From Kiritimatiellia bacterium (GTDB taxonomy: Bacteria; Verrucomicrobiota; Kiritimatiellia; JAAZAB01), in assembly GCA_040767085.1 (NCBI GenBank), contig JAXGPF010000009.1, positions 196,486 to 260,485 on the forward strand: a stretch of 64,000 nt of DNA, written 5' to 3'. The notes under the pieces were generated by a model that saw nothing but the letters and a program-made list of their open reading frames with translations, made no database searches and was not told the DNA's origin. Shown here one piece after another: positions 51,358-61,508 of this stretch. Positions within the stretch are counted from its first letter, which is position 1. Each line of letters starts with the position of its first letter. Position numbers and translations under genes: made by a program.

Positions 51358-53412
51358 TCACTGGGCGGACGGCTCGGACGCGTTGGGCGGCGCGGCGGGG
51401 ACGCCGCCGCTGCGCTCCAACTTCCGCTGCAGGTCCGGGCTGCCCGGGTTGGCGTGCCAGCTTTTCAGCCACCAGTCGCGCGCGGCGGAAAGGTCGCCCT
51501 GCCCCTCCAAAATATCGCCGTAATGCTCCATGACCGTCGAGGAATCGGGGTCCGCCTGCAGTGAGTTGTACACCTCGTCGGCCGCCTCGTTCAGGCGGCC
51601 CATTTTGAAGTAAACCCAACCCAGCGTGTCCAGGTAAGCGCCATTTTCCGGCTGCAATTCCACCGCATGCCGGGCGTGCAGCAGTGCCTGGTCCAGGTTG
51701 ATTCCCTGTTCCGCCCACATGTAAGCCAGGTAATTGGCGGCATCGGCATGGTCCGGGTCAAGTTGCAGGGCCTGCCGGAAGAGTTCCGCCGCCCGCGTGA
51801 AATCTTTTCCCCGTTCGCTGGCGGCGCCGTAATAAAAATAATAATCGGCATTCAGGATTTTTTCGGCATGCCCGGAAGCGGCCGCCAGTTCGCCGGCGCG
51901 CGCGAACGCTTCGCGCGCCCGGGCATAGTCGCCGTGCTGGCTGGCCATGATGCCGGCAAAATAGCGGACTTCCGCGCTCTCCGGCAGCGCGTCCGCCGCC
52001 CGCCGCATCACCGCGTCGGCCTCCCGGGTGGCGCCGCGCGCGGCATGCAGGAATGCCAGTCTCAAGAAAGCATCCACCTGGCGCGGATTGCCGGTGAGCG
52101 CCTTTTCATAAAGCGCGGCCGCTTCATTCGTCTGTCCGATTTGCTGGGCGGCGGCGGCATACCCCATCCAAAAACCATCCGTTAAAAGTTCCGGCGCAGC
52201 GCCGGCTTCCAGGCGGCCCTGGAGTTCCCTGTAAATTTCCCATGCATCCGACGCGCGTTTCGCCCGCAGGTACAGGCGGGCCAGCAAATCCTTGAGTTTG
52301 AGATCGCCGGGGATGCGCCGCAGACCATCCTCCACGACCTCAATGGCCTCCGGCACAGCCGCATCCGCCAGGAGCAAGGCCAGGGTTTCGTAGTGCCGGG
52401 GATTCTCCGGTTCGTCATGGATAGCCAAACGGTAAGCGGTGATCGCCATCTTTCTCGCGGCCACATCGTCCGGCGGTTGACCGAGGGCGGCCTGCGCCTG
52501 GGGATCGCCGGGGGCCAGTGCGGCAACCCGCTTCCATGCCGCTGCGGCTTCTTGCTTGCGGCCGGCGCCATTCAAGCTCATGGCCAGTCTTTTCCACAAT
52601 GTCAGGTTATCCGGCTGGCGATCGGCCAGTTCCGCAAAAATCTCGGCGGCCGGCGCGTACTGTTCGTCGGAGAGGTAAAGGTCGCCCAGTTTAATCTGGT
52701 AGTCATCCCGGAATTCATCCGGCGGATGCAGGGCCGCCTGACGGTAGCACTCAATGGCGCGGCGGAGGTAGCGCTCGCGCTGGTCATCGGAGACGCCATC
52801 CGGCTGCAGCATGCTCATGGCATACAGGTCGCCCAGGATGCGCAGCAATTGCAGGGGCTCATCGACCTGCGGCAGGGCGTCTTCCAGCACCGTGATGGCT
52901 TGCTCGGTATCGCGCCGCTCGCCGTAATAAACCGCCAGGTAAACATGGCTGGCGGCGCGGCGTGGATCGAGGGCAATGGCGCGCTCCAGGGCCTGGCGGA
53001 CCACCTCGGGCCGCTGCGCCTCCTGGGCTATGCGGGCTTGCAGGAGGCAGGCATCCGGGGAGTCCGGATTGCGCGCAACTGCCGCCGCTATCGCCTCCAG
53101 CGCCTGGTCGGCCTGGCCGCGCCCGAGGTATTGCATGGCCAGTTGAAAGGAGACGCGCACATTATCCGGCGCGAGGGCTTCCGCCTGCCGCAGGTTGTCG
53201 AGGGCGGCATTAGTTTCGCCGAGCCCGGCGCGGAGCACGCCCGCGCCGAAATTAGCCAAAGCTTCCGCCAGGGCGGGCGGCGTGGAATCGGCGGCGGCCC
53301 CGCCAGGCATCAGGCCGGGAGGGCGCGAACGGCAACCGGCGACAATGCCGGACGCCAGCACGGCGAGCGCCAAGGCCACCCGGCGGCTTGCCGGCAAACT
53401 TCGGAATTTCAT
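51358..53412 (-). CDS. TPR-repeat lipoprotein
   Basis: Lipobox VAGC, many TPRs, NYLAY.WAE...YLDTLGWV. Confidence 0.88.
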   Translation of the reverse strand: MKFRSLPASRRVALALAVLASGIVAGCRSRPPGLMPGGAAADSTPPALAEALANFGAGVLRAGLGETNAALDNLRQAEALAPDNVRVSFQLAMQYLGRGQADQALEAIAAAVARNPDSPDACLLQARIAQEAQRPEVVRQALERAIALDPRRAASHVYLAVYYGERRDTEQAITVLEDALPQVDEPLQLLRILGDLYAMSMLQPDGVSDDQRERYLRRAIECYRQAALHPPDEFRDDYQIKLGDLYLSDEQYAPAAEIFAELADRQPDNLTLWKRLAMSLNGAGRKQEAAAAWKRVAALAPGDPQAQAALGQPPDDVAARKMAITAYRLAIHDEPENPRHYETLALLLADAAVPEAIEVVEDGLRRIPGDLKLKDLLARLYLRAKRASDAWEIYRELQGRLEAGAAPELLTDGFWMGYAAAAQQIGQTNEAAALYEKALTGNPRQVDAFLRLAFLHAARGATREADAVMRRAADALPESAEVRYFAGIMASQHGDYARAREAFARAGELAAASGHAEKILNADYYFYYGAASERGKDFTRAAELFRQALQLDPDHADAANYLAYMWAEQGINLDQALLHARHAVELQPENGAYLDTLGWVYFKMGRLNEAADEVYNSLQADPDSSTVMEHYGDILEGQGDLSAARDWWLKSWHANPGSPDLQRKLERSGGVPAAPPNASEPSAQ

Positions 53413-53504
53413 TTGTTGATGTTTTTGTGGCGATTGGCCTTTAAACGTTTGCTGCGTTTATGCTTGGCCATTTTCTTACGCCGCCATTTTTTGAGGGAAC
53501 CCAT
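53409..53504 (-). CDS. Small basic protein, bS22/AURKAIP1-COX24 family
   Basis: MGSLKKWRRKKMAKHKRSKRLKANRHKNINK (31 aa); ATGA overlap with the TPR gene; upstream TTGACA-N18-TATAAA. Confidence 0.8.
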   Translation of the reverse strand: MGSLKKWRRKKMAKHKRSKRLKANRHKNINK

Positions 53505-53621
53505 ATTATTTTGCACCTGTTACGTATTGGGCGCTCCAAACTGCCAGCCTGCCCGGCAGGCCGCATTCAAAGCGCGGCTTTTATACCGCAATCCGCGCGG
53601 CAATGTCAATGACAACCGCGG

Positions 53622-54494
53622 TTATTCGATCACCTTGTTCAAGGGTATCTCGATAATGCCTTCCGCACCGGCCTGCCGCAATTGGGGGATAATTTCCCGC
53701 ACAACGCTTTCCTCAACGACCGATTCGATCGCCACCCAACCGTCCGCGCTCAGCGGATTGATGGTAGGCGCGTGCAGCGAAGGCAGAATGCCGGAGATGT
53801 CCCGGGCTTGATGCTGGCGGGCATTCATTTTTAAAAGCACCTTGGTTTCCGCCGCCAGGGCGCCCCGCAACAGCATCGAAACCTGGTTGATCTTGGCTTG
53901 CTTGCCGGGGTCCGCCCAGGCTTGTTTATTGGCAATCAGCTTGGTGGTGGACTCCAGCACCGTCTCGACGATGCGCAGATTGTTGGCGCGCAGGGACGAG
54001 CCGGTTTCCGTCAATTCCACGATGGCATCCACCAGTTCCGGGGCCTTGACTTCGGTGGCGCCCCAGGAAAACTCCACTTCCGCCTCCACGCCGTTACGCT
54101 CGAGGAACCGCCGGGTCAACCCGACTGCTTCCGTGGCGATGCGCTTGCCTGCCAGGTCCGACACGCTGCGGATCGGCGAATCGTTCGGCACGGCCAGCAC
54201 CCAGCGGACGGGCCGCAAGCCCTGCTTGGCGTAAATCAAATCGGCCACTTCCACCACATCGGCGCCGTTTTCCATGATCCAGTCATACCCGGTGATCCCG
54301 GCGTCCAGCAAGCCGTGTTCGACATAACGGCTGATTTCCTGCGCGCGGATCAGGCGCGCCTGGATGGCGGGATCGTCAACATTCGGCATGTAGGAACGGG
54401 AGCCCACCGACACATTGAAGCCGGCTTTTTTAAACAGCAGGAATGTGGCTTCCTGCAAGCTGCCTTTCGGCAAACCTAACACAATTTTTTTCAT
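53622..54494 (-). CDS. hisG: ATP phosphoribosyltransferase (long form)
   Basis: [34 protein letters not shown]-terminal regulatory domain. Confidence 0.95.
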   Translation of the reverse strand: MKKIVLGLPKGSLQEATFLLFKKAGFNVSVGSRSYMPNVDDPAIQARLIRAQEISRYVEHGLLDAGITGYDWIMENGADVVEVADLIYAKQGLRPVRWVLAVPNDSPIRSVSDLAGKRIATEAVGLTRRFLERNGVEAEVEFSWGATEVKAPELVDAIVELTETGSSLRANNLRIVETVLESTTKLIANKQAWADPGKQAKINQVSMLLRGALAAETKVLLKMNARQHQARDISGILPSLHAPTINPLSADGWVAIESVVEESVVREIIPQLRQAGAEGIIEIPLNKVIE

Positions 54495-54658
54495 ATTCAC
54501 CCTGTCACCCGGGGTTGGTTGTGATAAAGTCGCGCACTATAAGAAAAAGCGTTGTAAAATGCAATCCAAAACCTTTATTTTTCGATCAAACAACGAATTA
54601 GACCGCCAAGACGGGCCGGCAGGCATCCGGATTGCGCCACATCCCGCTGCGTTATAGA

Positions 54659-56632
54659 TCACTCGTCCGGCCGGTCGAGTTCCTGGCGCACCAGGCGGGC
54701 AAGTTCCTCCGCGCTGTAAGGTTTTTGCAGATATTGGCCGGCCCCGAGTTTCAGGGCTTCCTTGATGCGCGAATTAACGGCAAAGCCGCTGACCATGATG
54801 GCGCGCTGGCGCGGATGGAGTTCCAGGATGCGGCGGTAGGTATCCAAGCCGTCCATCTCATCCGCCATGATCATGTCCAGGAGAAGCAAGTCAACGTTTT
54901 TGTCGCCGGCAAGCGCGGCGGCGTGCAATTCCACGGCCGCGCGCCCATTGGCCGCCACCAGCACCTGGTATCCCAGCGAACGCAACCAGCGGGCGGCGAA
55001 ACGGCGCTGCTCGTCATCGTCGTCCACCACCAGAATCGTTTCCGTGCCCCGGGAGTCCGGCGCGGATGGCCGCGGTGCGACCGCGGTTTCCGGCGCCGCG
55101 CCGGCCAGCGGCAGGTACACGGTGAAATCCGTGCCCTCGCCGGGAGTGGAGCGGATATTGACAAAGCCGTTGTGTTCCTTGACGACGCCGAACACCACCG
55201 CCAGGCCCAAGCCGGTGCCCGTTTGCAGATTCAGGCGTTTTTTGATGTAAAACGGTTCGAAGATCCGGTTGAGGTCGTCCTCGGATATCCCCGTGCCGGT
55301 ATCCATCGCATGCAGCACGGCGTAATCGCCGGCGGGCACGGTTTCATAACCTTCCAGCGGCTGGCCCAGCCGTTCGCCGGCGGTGGACAATTGCAGGCGT
55401 CCGCCGGAAGGCATCATGGCGTAGGCATGCCAGATCAGGTTGGCGGCCATGGCCTGCAGATGGTTGGCGGATCCCATGACCATGCCCGGATCCTGGGCCA
55501 GGTTCAAAGACAGTTCAACCAGCGGCGCCTGTTCCATGGCCGTCATAGAAGAAATGGATTTAAGGCTGGCCTCGACGATGCGGCTGAGGTTGACCGGCTG
55601 CGCGGGCGTTTTCCCCGTACGGCCAAGGGTCAGCAAGTCGCGAACCACGTCCAGGGCCTTACGGGCGGAATTCTTGATGATTTCCAAGTCGGCGCGGATG
55701 GCGCTGTCGGGCGGCAGCAATTTCATGATCAAGTCCGGGTACCCGACAATCGGCCCGAGGATATTGTTCAAGTCATGCGCCACGCCGCCGGCCAGCGCCC
55801 CCAGCGATTCCATCCGCTTGGAACGCGCCAGGCGTTCCGAAAGGCTGCGTTCGCGTGCGGCCGCCTGTTTGATTTCCGTGATATCGCGGAAGATGATTAC
55901 CACGCCCATGATCCGGCCGTCGCTTTCGCGAATGGGCGCGGCGGTATAATCCACCGGGGTGTGCTTGCCATCGCGCGCAATTAAAACAACATTTTTCCCG
56001 CCGCGGAGTTCGCCGCGGCCGGCCAGCAGTTCTTCCACGTCCGCCCGCGCCGGCGGCGTCCCATCCGCGGCTTGCAGGCAGAAGATGTCCGGCGCCGGCC
56101 GGCCCAGGGCGTCAGCCTGCCGCCACCCCGTCAACAGTTCCGCCTGGCGGTTGACGACCTGGACGCCGGCCGCGGCATCCGTGGCGATCACGGCATCGCC
56201 GATGCAGCGCAAGGTGGTGGCGAACCATTCCCGGCTTTCCTGTAATTTGCGCTCCATGGTGTGCTTGTAGAGGGCCATTTCGATCGTGGTGCGCAGTTCG
56301 CGGTCTTCAAAAGGCTTCAGGAGGTAGCCGAAGGCCTCGGACACTTTCGCCCGGCGCAGCGTATCGTCGTCGGTGAAAGCCGTCAGGTAAACCACCGGTA
56401 CCGGGCCGGCGGCGCGGAGGCGCTGGGCGGCTTCAATTCCGTCCATCTCGCCTTTGAGCTTGATATCCATCAGTACCAGGTCCGGCCGCAAGGCCGCGGC
56501 CTGGGCGAGGGCCTCCTCGCCGGTGGCGGCCATCCCCGCCACGGTGTATCCCAGGGTATGCAGGCTGGCCCGGATATCCTTGGCCACAATGCTTTCATCT
56601 TCCACGATCAGAATACGCGCCGAATCGCTCAT
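54659..56632 (-). CDS. Hybrid kinase/regulator (REC-PAS-HisKA-HATPase-REC)
   Basis: ILIVEDE, VAHDLNNIL, GTGLGLAVV, LLLDMIM. Confidence 0.92.
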   Translation of the reverse strand: MSDSARILIVEDESIVAKDIRASLHTLGYTVAGMAATGEEALAQAAALRPDLVLMDIKLKGEMDGIEAAQRLRAAGPVPVVYLTAFTDDDTLRRAKVSEAFGYLLKPFEDRELRTTIEMALYKHTMERKLQESREWFATTLRCIGDAVIATDAAAGVQVVNRQAELLTGWRQADALGRPAPDIFCLQAADGTPPARADVEELLAGRGELRGGKNVVLIARDGKHTPVDYTAAPIRESDGRIMGVVIIFRDITEIKQAAARERSLSERLARSKRMESLGALAGGVAHDLNNILGPIVGYPDLIMKLLPPDSAIRADLEIIKNSARKALDVVRDLLTLGRTGKTPAQPVNLSRIVEASLKSISSMTAMEQAPLVELSLNLAQDPGMVMGSANHLQAMAANLIWHAYAMMPSGGRLQLSTAGERLGQPLEGYETVPAGDYAVLHAMDTGTGISEDDLNRIFEPFYIKKRLNLQTGTGLGLAVVFGVVKEHNGFVNIRSTPGEGTDFTVYLPLAGAAPETAVAPRPSAPDSRGTETILVVDDDDEQRRFAARWLRSLGYQVLVAANGRAAVELHAAALAGDKNVDLLLLDMIMADEMDGLDTYRRILELHPRQRAIMVSGFAVNSRIKEALKLGAGQYLQKPYSAEELARLVRQELDRPDE

Positions 56633-56666
56633 CGTCCCATCCTCGAATAGCTCCGGATTCCCCGCG

Positions 56667-57854
56667 TCATATCCGCGGGGCCGGCGTTTCCCGCCCTTCC
56701 ATCTGCGCGGACAGATACCCGGCGTACAGGACGCCGATCGTGTCTGCCGCCAGCATGACATCGCTTTGCGGGTCGCGGTCTTCCCGCAGGCATAGCATGA
56801 AATCCTGCAACTCCTGGGGGTAGCCGGTCATCCAGTTCTCGTCCGGCGCGGGGAAACTCCAGCCTTGCTTGGTGCCCAGTTTCTCTGAAAGATAAACATT
56901 GGCGAGTTGTTTTTCAGCCGGGTTGTAAAGCACGTTAGCGTCAGTGGGATTGATGTTGCAGCGCATGCGGTGGTTATTGGCGTAGATTTCCATCCAGTTA
57001 TGCACGCCGCCCATGACCAGCTCGCAGGAGAAAATGTCCGCCGGCATGCCGTCGTCGAAGACCACGTGCAACTGGACAAAATCCTCCACGTCCCGGTAAT
57101 CGGTGCGCAGGAAGCCGGCATCGCGGAAACGCGGATTGCGGGTGACTGCATGGGTGCGGCAACTGACGGAGCGGGGCCGGATGGGGGCGCCGCCCGCGGC
57201 CAGTCCTTCGACGCGTTTCAGGTACAGCGCCGCGGTCAAGGGATGGCAGCCCTTGCCGACGAGCGAGCCGCCGCCCGCCAGCCGCCAGTCGCCGTAAGCC
57301 GCACTGGCGCTGCCGCTGTGGCTTTCTTCGCCGTGAATCCATAGAATCTGGCCGCGGGTGGCGCGCAAAATTTCCACTTCCTTCTGGATGGAAGGGGCAT
57401 AGACCCAGTTTTCGGCGTACATGATCCGGACTTCGTGCTTGCGCCCGGCCTGCACCATGCGGCGGACCGACGCGGCGGCCTCGTTCAGCAGCGCCTGCTT
57501 GTCGGCCCGGTCGCCGCGCCAATCGTCCGTCCCCGGACCGTAGGCGCCGGTGAACGGTTTCTCCACAATCACATGGCGCTGGAGTTCCGCCGCGCGCACG
57601 CAGAACGGCTCATGCAGGGCGCCCGGCACGCACAAATCCACCACATCCACGGCGCGGACCATATCATCGAAACTATCGAACGCCCGCAAGCCGCGGCTGT
57701 GCGCGAACTTGTCCCGGCTGTCCGCGTTTTTGGAAAAGACGCCCACAACTTCCACGCCCATCCCGCTCAACTGGCGGTAGGACTCAAAATGAAAGCCGGC
57801 CGCAAAGCCCGCGCCCGCGATTCCGACCTTGATGTTTTGCATATTACCCGGCAT
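56667..57854 (-). CDS. Gfo/Idh/MocA family oxidoreductase
   Basis: GIAGAGF, HVIVEKP, GGGSL...GCHP. Confidence 0.85.
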   Translation of the reverse strand: MPGNMQNIKVGIAGAGFAAGFHFESYRQLSGMGVEVVGVFSKNADSRDKFAHSRGLRAFDSFDDMVRAVDVVDLCVPGALHEPFCVRAAELQRHVIVEKPFTGAYGPGTDDWRGDRADKQALLNEAAASVRRMVQAGRKHEVRIMYAENWVYAPSIQKEVEILRATRGQILWIHGEESHSGSASAAYGDWRLAGGGSLVGKGCHPLTAALYLKRVEGLAAGGAPIRPRSVSCRTHAVTRNPRFRDAGFLRTDYRDVEDFVQLHVVFDDGMPADIFSCELVMGGVHNWMEIYANNHRMRCNINPTDANVLYNPAEKQLANVYLSEKLGTKQGWSFPAPDENWMTGYPQELQDFMLCLREDRDPQSDVMLAADTIGVLYAGYLSAQMEGRETPAPRI

Positions 57855-57967
57855 GATGAAAAACCTTTCTGCTGAATGTTCTGATGGAAGTCTTAAACTA
57901 CAGCAACTACCGGCAAAAACAAGCAAAAATGCCGGCGCTGCCAAAGATGATTTGCGCGGTTTCAAGC

Positions 57968-57995
57968 TTGACCTGCCCGCGCCGTGCGGTATATT
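57968..57995 (+). promoter_or_regulatory. Sigma70-like promoter of the prepilin cluster
   Basis: TTGACC-N16-TATATT, 6 nt before the ATG at 58002. Confidence 0.5.
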
Positions 57996-58001
57996 GGTTG
58001 C

Positions 58002-58592
58002 ATGAAACGGATTAGGTGCCGCAACATATTTCACCGGCCAGACCGGGCAGGCTCCGGTTTCACCCTGGTGGAGATGATGGTCGTAATGATCATCATTGTC
58101 ATCCTGTCGACGCTGCTGCTGCCGGTGGTGTTCCGCGCGCGCGAGCGCGCCTTGAAACGCCAGGCGCAGGCGGAAGCCAGATCCCTGGTCCTGGCCATCA
58201 AGTCCTACCGCGCGGTCTTCGGTAAATGGCCGGCGCAAACCAACAGCCAGGACAAGTATTATTTCACCAACAACCACATGGTGGTCACCCAGTTGATGGG
58301 GTACAACCCGCGCAGCAACTCCTTCATCAGTATTTCCGCAAACCAGCTCGATTCCCGCTCGAATTTTCTCGATCCGCGGGGCGTGCCCTACGTGATCTCC
58401 ATCATCCAATCCGGCGCCGAAAAGCACTGGATCAATTTCACCAACGAGTACGTGTGCGAGCGGGAAAGCGCGCCGACCTATGGCGAGACCATCTCCTACG
58501 AGATCAACATCACCAACCGCGTCGCTGTCGGCGCCGGCGCGTTTTTGGAGGCCAGCAAAGCGCTCTCGGTGAATTCATGGAGCGACTTCTGA
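58002..58592 (+). CDS. Prepilin-type (T2SS G-like) N-methylation protein
   Basis: G|FTLVEMMVVMIIIVIL; Y...G.WP; LDPRG.PY. Confidence 0.88.
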   Translation: MKRIRCRNIFHRPDRAGSGFTLVEMMVVMIIIVILSTLLLPVVFRARERALKRQAQAEARSLVLAIKSYRAVFGKWPAQTNSQDKYYFTNNHMVVTQLMGYNPRSNSFISISANQLDSRSNFLDPRGVPYVISIIQSGAEKHWINFTNEYVCERESAPTYGETISYEINITNRVAVGAGAFLEASKALSVNSWSDF

Positions 58593-59077
58593 TGCGCGCT
58601 GCATTGACAACACGGCCGCCTCCCGGCGGCCGGGCCGGTGTGACCCTGCTGGAACTGCTCCTGGTGATCGCGGTCATGGCGATCGTGCTGACCATTTCCA
58701 TGCCGGCCTTCACGAGCATGGGGCGCGGCGCGGGCATGCGCGGGACCGTTGCGGAAGTCAAATCCACCTTATCCCTGGCCCGGCAATGGGCCATTACCAA
58801 GCGCGAGCGGGTGACGTTTGAATACGGCCAGGATACCACTGCCACCAACGCCGCATTCTACGCCGTGCGCCTGGCGGATGATCCCTACTCAGTCATACAA
58901 ACCACCAATTTCCTGCAAAAGGGATTCGGTTTCACTGACGCCAACAGCTTGACTTTTAAATCTTCCGGGGACGTGGACGGCGATATCAATGAGCGTACCA
59001 TCACCATTACCAACCTGGCTGGCGCCGGAAGATCCATAAAAATTGAACCAATAACTGGCGGTATCCGTGTTGAATGA
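58592..59077 (+). CDS. Prepilin-type (FimT/GspH-like) protein
   Basis: G|VTLLELLLVIAV; LARQWAI. Confidence 0.85.
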   Translation: MRAALTTRPPPGGRAGVTLLELLLVIAVMAIVLTISMPAFTSMGRGAGMRGTVAEVKSTLSLARQWAITKRERVTFEYGQDTTATNAAFYAVRLADDPYSVIQTTNFLQKGFGFTDANSLTFKSSGDVDGDINERTITITNLAGAGRSIKIEPITGGIRVE

Positions 59078-59621
59078 TTTGTGTACAATACGCAGGCAGC
59101 CGCCCCGGGGGCGCGCCGGGTTCAGCCTGGTGGAAGTCACCCTGGCCCTGATGGTGGTGGCTATTGGAGTTTTATCGGTGATGAGCCTGTTCCCGGTCGG
59201 CCTGGACCAGAATGTGCGGTCGATCGCCGACACCCACACGGCTCTGTTCGCTGAGGATGTGTTGAACGGCCTGCAAGCCTGGGCGGAAGATGGCTGGTCC
59301 AATCTGCACGAGGCGATCGTACCCCCGGCGGCGGAAGCATCCTGGGCCACCAATGCCATGCCGTTTGACATGAAAAATGACGATCCCTGGCCCGCGGTTT
59401 GGACCAATGCGTATTACCTGCCGGATTCCAGTGGAAGCCGCCAACCGCTCGTCCACGGTGAAAAACAGCATTTGCGTTTCAGTTTCGCCCTGACCACCAA
59501 CGACCACCGGACCATCAAAGCCGCTACTTTGTTCATCTGGAGCGGTGAATTCGGCTCCACCGGCAACCCCACGATTTTCTACACCGAGTTCTTCACCAAC
59601 TGGCTGGCCACTGGTCCTTGA
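59067..59621 (+). CDS. Prepilin-type (PilV/GspI-like) protein
   Basis: G|FSLVEVTLALMVVAIGVLSVMSLFPVGL. Confidence 0.85.
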   Translation: MLNDLCTIRRQPPRGRAGFSLVEVTLALMVVAIGVLSVMSLFPVGLDQNVRSIADTHTALFAEDVLNGLQAWAEDGWSNLHEAIVPPAAEASWATNAMPFDMKNDDPWPAVWTNAYYLPDSSGSRQPLVHGEKQHLRFSFALTTNDHRTIKAATLFIWSGEFGSTGNPTIFYTEFFTNWLATGP

Positions 59622-59660
59622 TCCTGTCCCCTTGTGCCTTGCCCCTCCGCCCTCTGTTCG

Positions 59661-59770
59661 GCATCCGGATTGCGCCACGCCGTGGCGCTACTACAGTAGG
59701 AGTCCATTTTTAGGTAGCAGCCGAACGGCTTGCCTAGCATTAGCGAAGCAGGGGTGTTCGGCAATCCGAA
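59661..59770. repeat. Pair of oppositely oriented REP-like elements
   Basis: Minus strand GTAGTAGCGCCACGGCGTGGCGCAATCCGGATGC; plus strand GTAGCAGCCGAAC...GTTCGGCAATCCGAAT. Confidence 0.6.
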
Positions 59771-59799
59771 TCAGCGGCGCGCGGCTACACGGAGCTGAT

Positions 59800-61113
59800 T
59801 CAGGGCTGTGCTTCGTTGGACTGCTGGGCAGCGCCCTGGCGGATATAGACTTCCACGCGGCGGTTGACGGGATTGCCTGCCACTGGATCATTCGCGGCCA
59901 TCGGCCGTGTGAAGCCGTACCCCACGGGCGTCATGCGCTCGCGTTCGATATTGCCTTGCTGGTGCAGGTATTCCAGCACCGCCTTGGCGCGGCGTTCGGA
60001 AAGCTGCATGTTGTACTTGGCGGATGAAGTCCGGCGTTTGTCGGCGTGGCCTTCAATCCGGGCCATGGCTTGCGTATCGCGCGCCAAAACCTTGGCGATG
60101 ACGTTCAAGTCATTGAAATACTGCGGTCGGATCACGTCCTTGTCGGTGTCAAATTCGATATGCAGGGTGAAGAGCATCAGGTCGTCCGCGGGATCCAGCG
60201 GATTGGTGCTGTCCTCGATTACTTCATGGCCATCGGCCACCCCGCCGTTGTCCGTGTCGCGCAGGAGTGGATTGGTCTTGTAGTTATGCACTTCTTCGCC
60301 GTCGGTCAAACCGTCGTAATCCGTATCGGGATTCAGGGGATCGGTGCCATGCACCCGCACTTCCTCGTAATCGGTCAAGCCGTCGCCGTCGGTATCCAGA
60401 TTGTTCGGGTCCGTGCCCAGTGCCAGTTCTTCGGCATCGGTCAAGCCGTCGCCGTCGCTATCCACGGCGCCGCCGGAGGCGCGGTATTTTACCGGCACAT
60501 GCGCGCCCCAGCGCCAGGAAATACCCGCGCTGGGCAGCAGGTTGAACTCAGTGTGTTCGGCGGTGATATATCCGATCAAATCGGCGCGCAGGGACCATTC
60601 GCGGTTGATGTGATAGGCCATCCCCAGGCCGGCGCGGAACTGCACGTCGGCGCGGTCGCGATTTTGGCGTTCCTTCTCGTAATACAGCACGCCCAGCCCG
60701 CCGATCAGGTACGGATCAAAATGCTGGTTATCCATGTTGCGCAGATGGAACAAGGCATCCACGGCCGCGCCCAGCGCAAAGGTGTCTTCGCCATCCAAGC
60801 CCTTGCGCGGCACCGGTACGCCGGTGGCATAATCGTAAACCTCGTTGCGGTCCAACTTGGGGATGTAGGTGGCCACACCCTCGAACGACCAGCGCGGCGA
60901 ATAATCATATCCCAGGCGCAGTGACCCGGCAAAACCGTCCTTGACGGCTTCGTCGCCCTCGTAGTGGATGATGCCGCCGTTCAGGCTGACATACCAGGGC
61001 GCATGGGCTTCCCCGGCAACGGCTTCCTCCTGCTGCGCCCAGGCCGCGGTAGCCCCCAGCAACACACAACTTATTCCCGCGACCGCCGCCAGCTTGCCAA
61101 TCTTGCAACTCAT
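59800..61113 (-). CDS. OmpA-family outer membrane protein (beta-barrel, Asp-rich Ca-binding repeats, OmpA-C)
   Basis: Signal peptide, four D(S/T)DxxGxxDxxE repeats, IEGHAD, LSERRA, NRRVE. Confidence 0.9.
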   Translation of the reverse strand: MSCKIGKLAAVAGISCVLLGATAAWAQQEEAVAGEAHAPWYVSLNGGIIHYEGDEAVKDGFAGSLRLGYDYSPRWSFEGVATYIPKLDRNEVYDYATGVPVPRKGLDGEDTFALGAAVDALFHLRNMDNQHFDPYLIGGLGVLYYEKERQNRDRADVQFRAGLGMAYHINREWSLRADLIGYITAEHTEFNLLPSAGISWRWGAHVPVKYRASGGAVDSDGDGLTDAEELALGTDPNNLDTDGDGLTDYEEVRVHGTDPLNPDTDYDGLTDGEEVHNYKTNPLLRDTDNGGVADGHEVIEDSTNPLDPADDLMLFTLHIEFDTDKDVIRPQYFNDLNVIAKVLARDTQAMARIEGHADKRRTSSAKYNMQLSERRAKAVLEYLHQQGNIERERMTPVGYGFTRPMAANDPVAGNPVNRRVEVYIRQGAAQQSNEAQP

Positions 61114-61508
61114 CGCCCTCTCCTCTTTAGAATAACGTTTAATCTGTAACATACATCATGCAACCGCCATTACTGTGATTGATGAATAGCACAAACCATA
61201 TCAGGATTGCAAGAAAATTATACGTATGGGGACACGACTGCGTCATTCTCGGAAAAGACGGCCATTCAACCGGGCGCATGGCAGGCTTGGCAGGGATCAC
61301 GCCGATGGCGTGACAAGCGTCTTTATCCCGCTGCGCGGGATCGTTCTGCCATTTTGGCCAATCGGCCTGAGGTGGGGGAACCGCCAGCCTGCCAAGTCGC
61401 GGGCAAGTCCCGGGCGCGCCGCAAGCATGACGCAGCCGTGGCGTATTGGGCGGATGCGGTGGCCTTGGGCTTGACAATCCGCATGGCGTCTGTCAAATTC
61501 CACGCATT

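Noticed and set aside
57855-58427. N-terminal extension of the 586-aa oxidoreductase ORF (also the extended 632-aa and 555-aa ORFs)
   Set aside because: These overlap real genes; GC-rich open frames extend upstream of the true starts.
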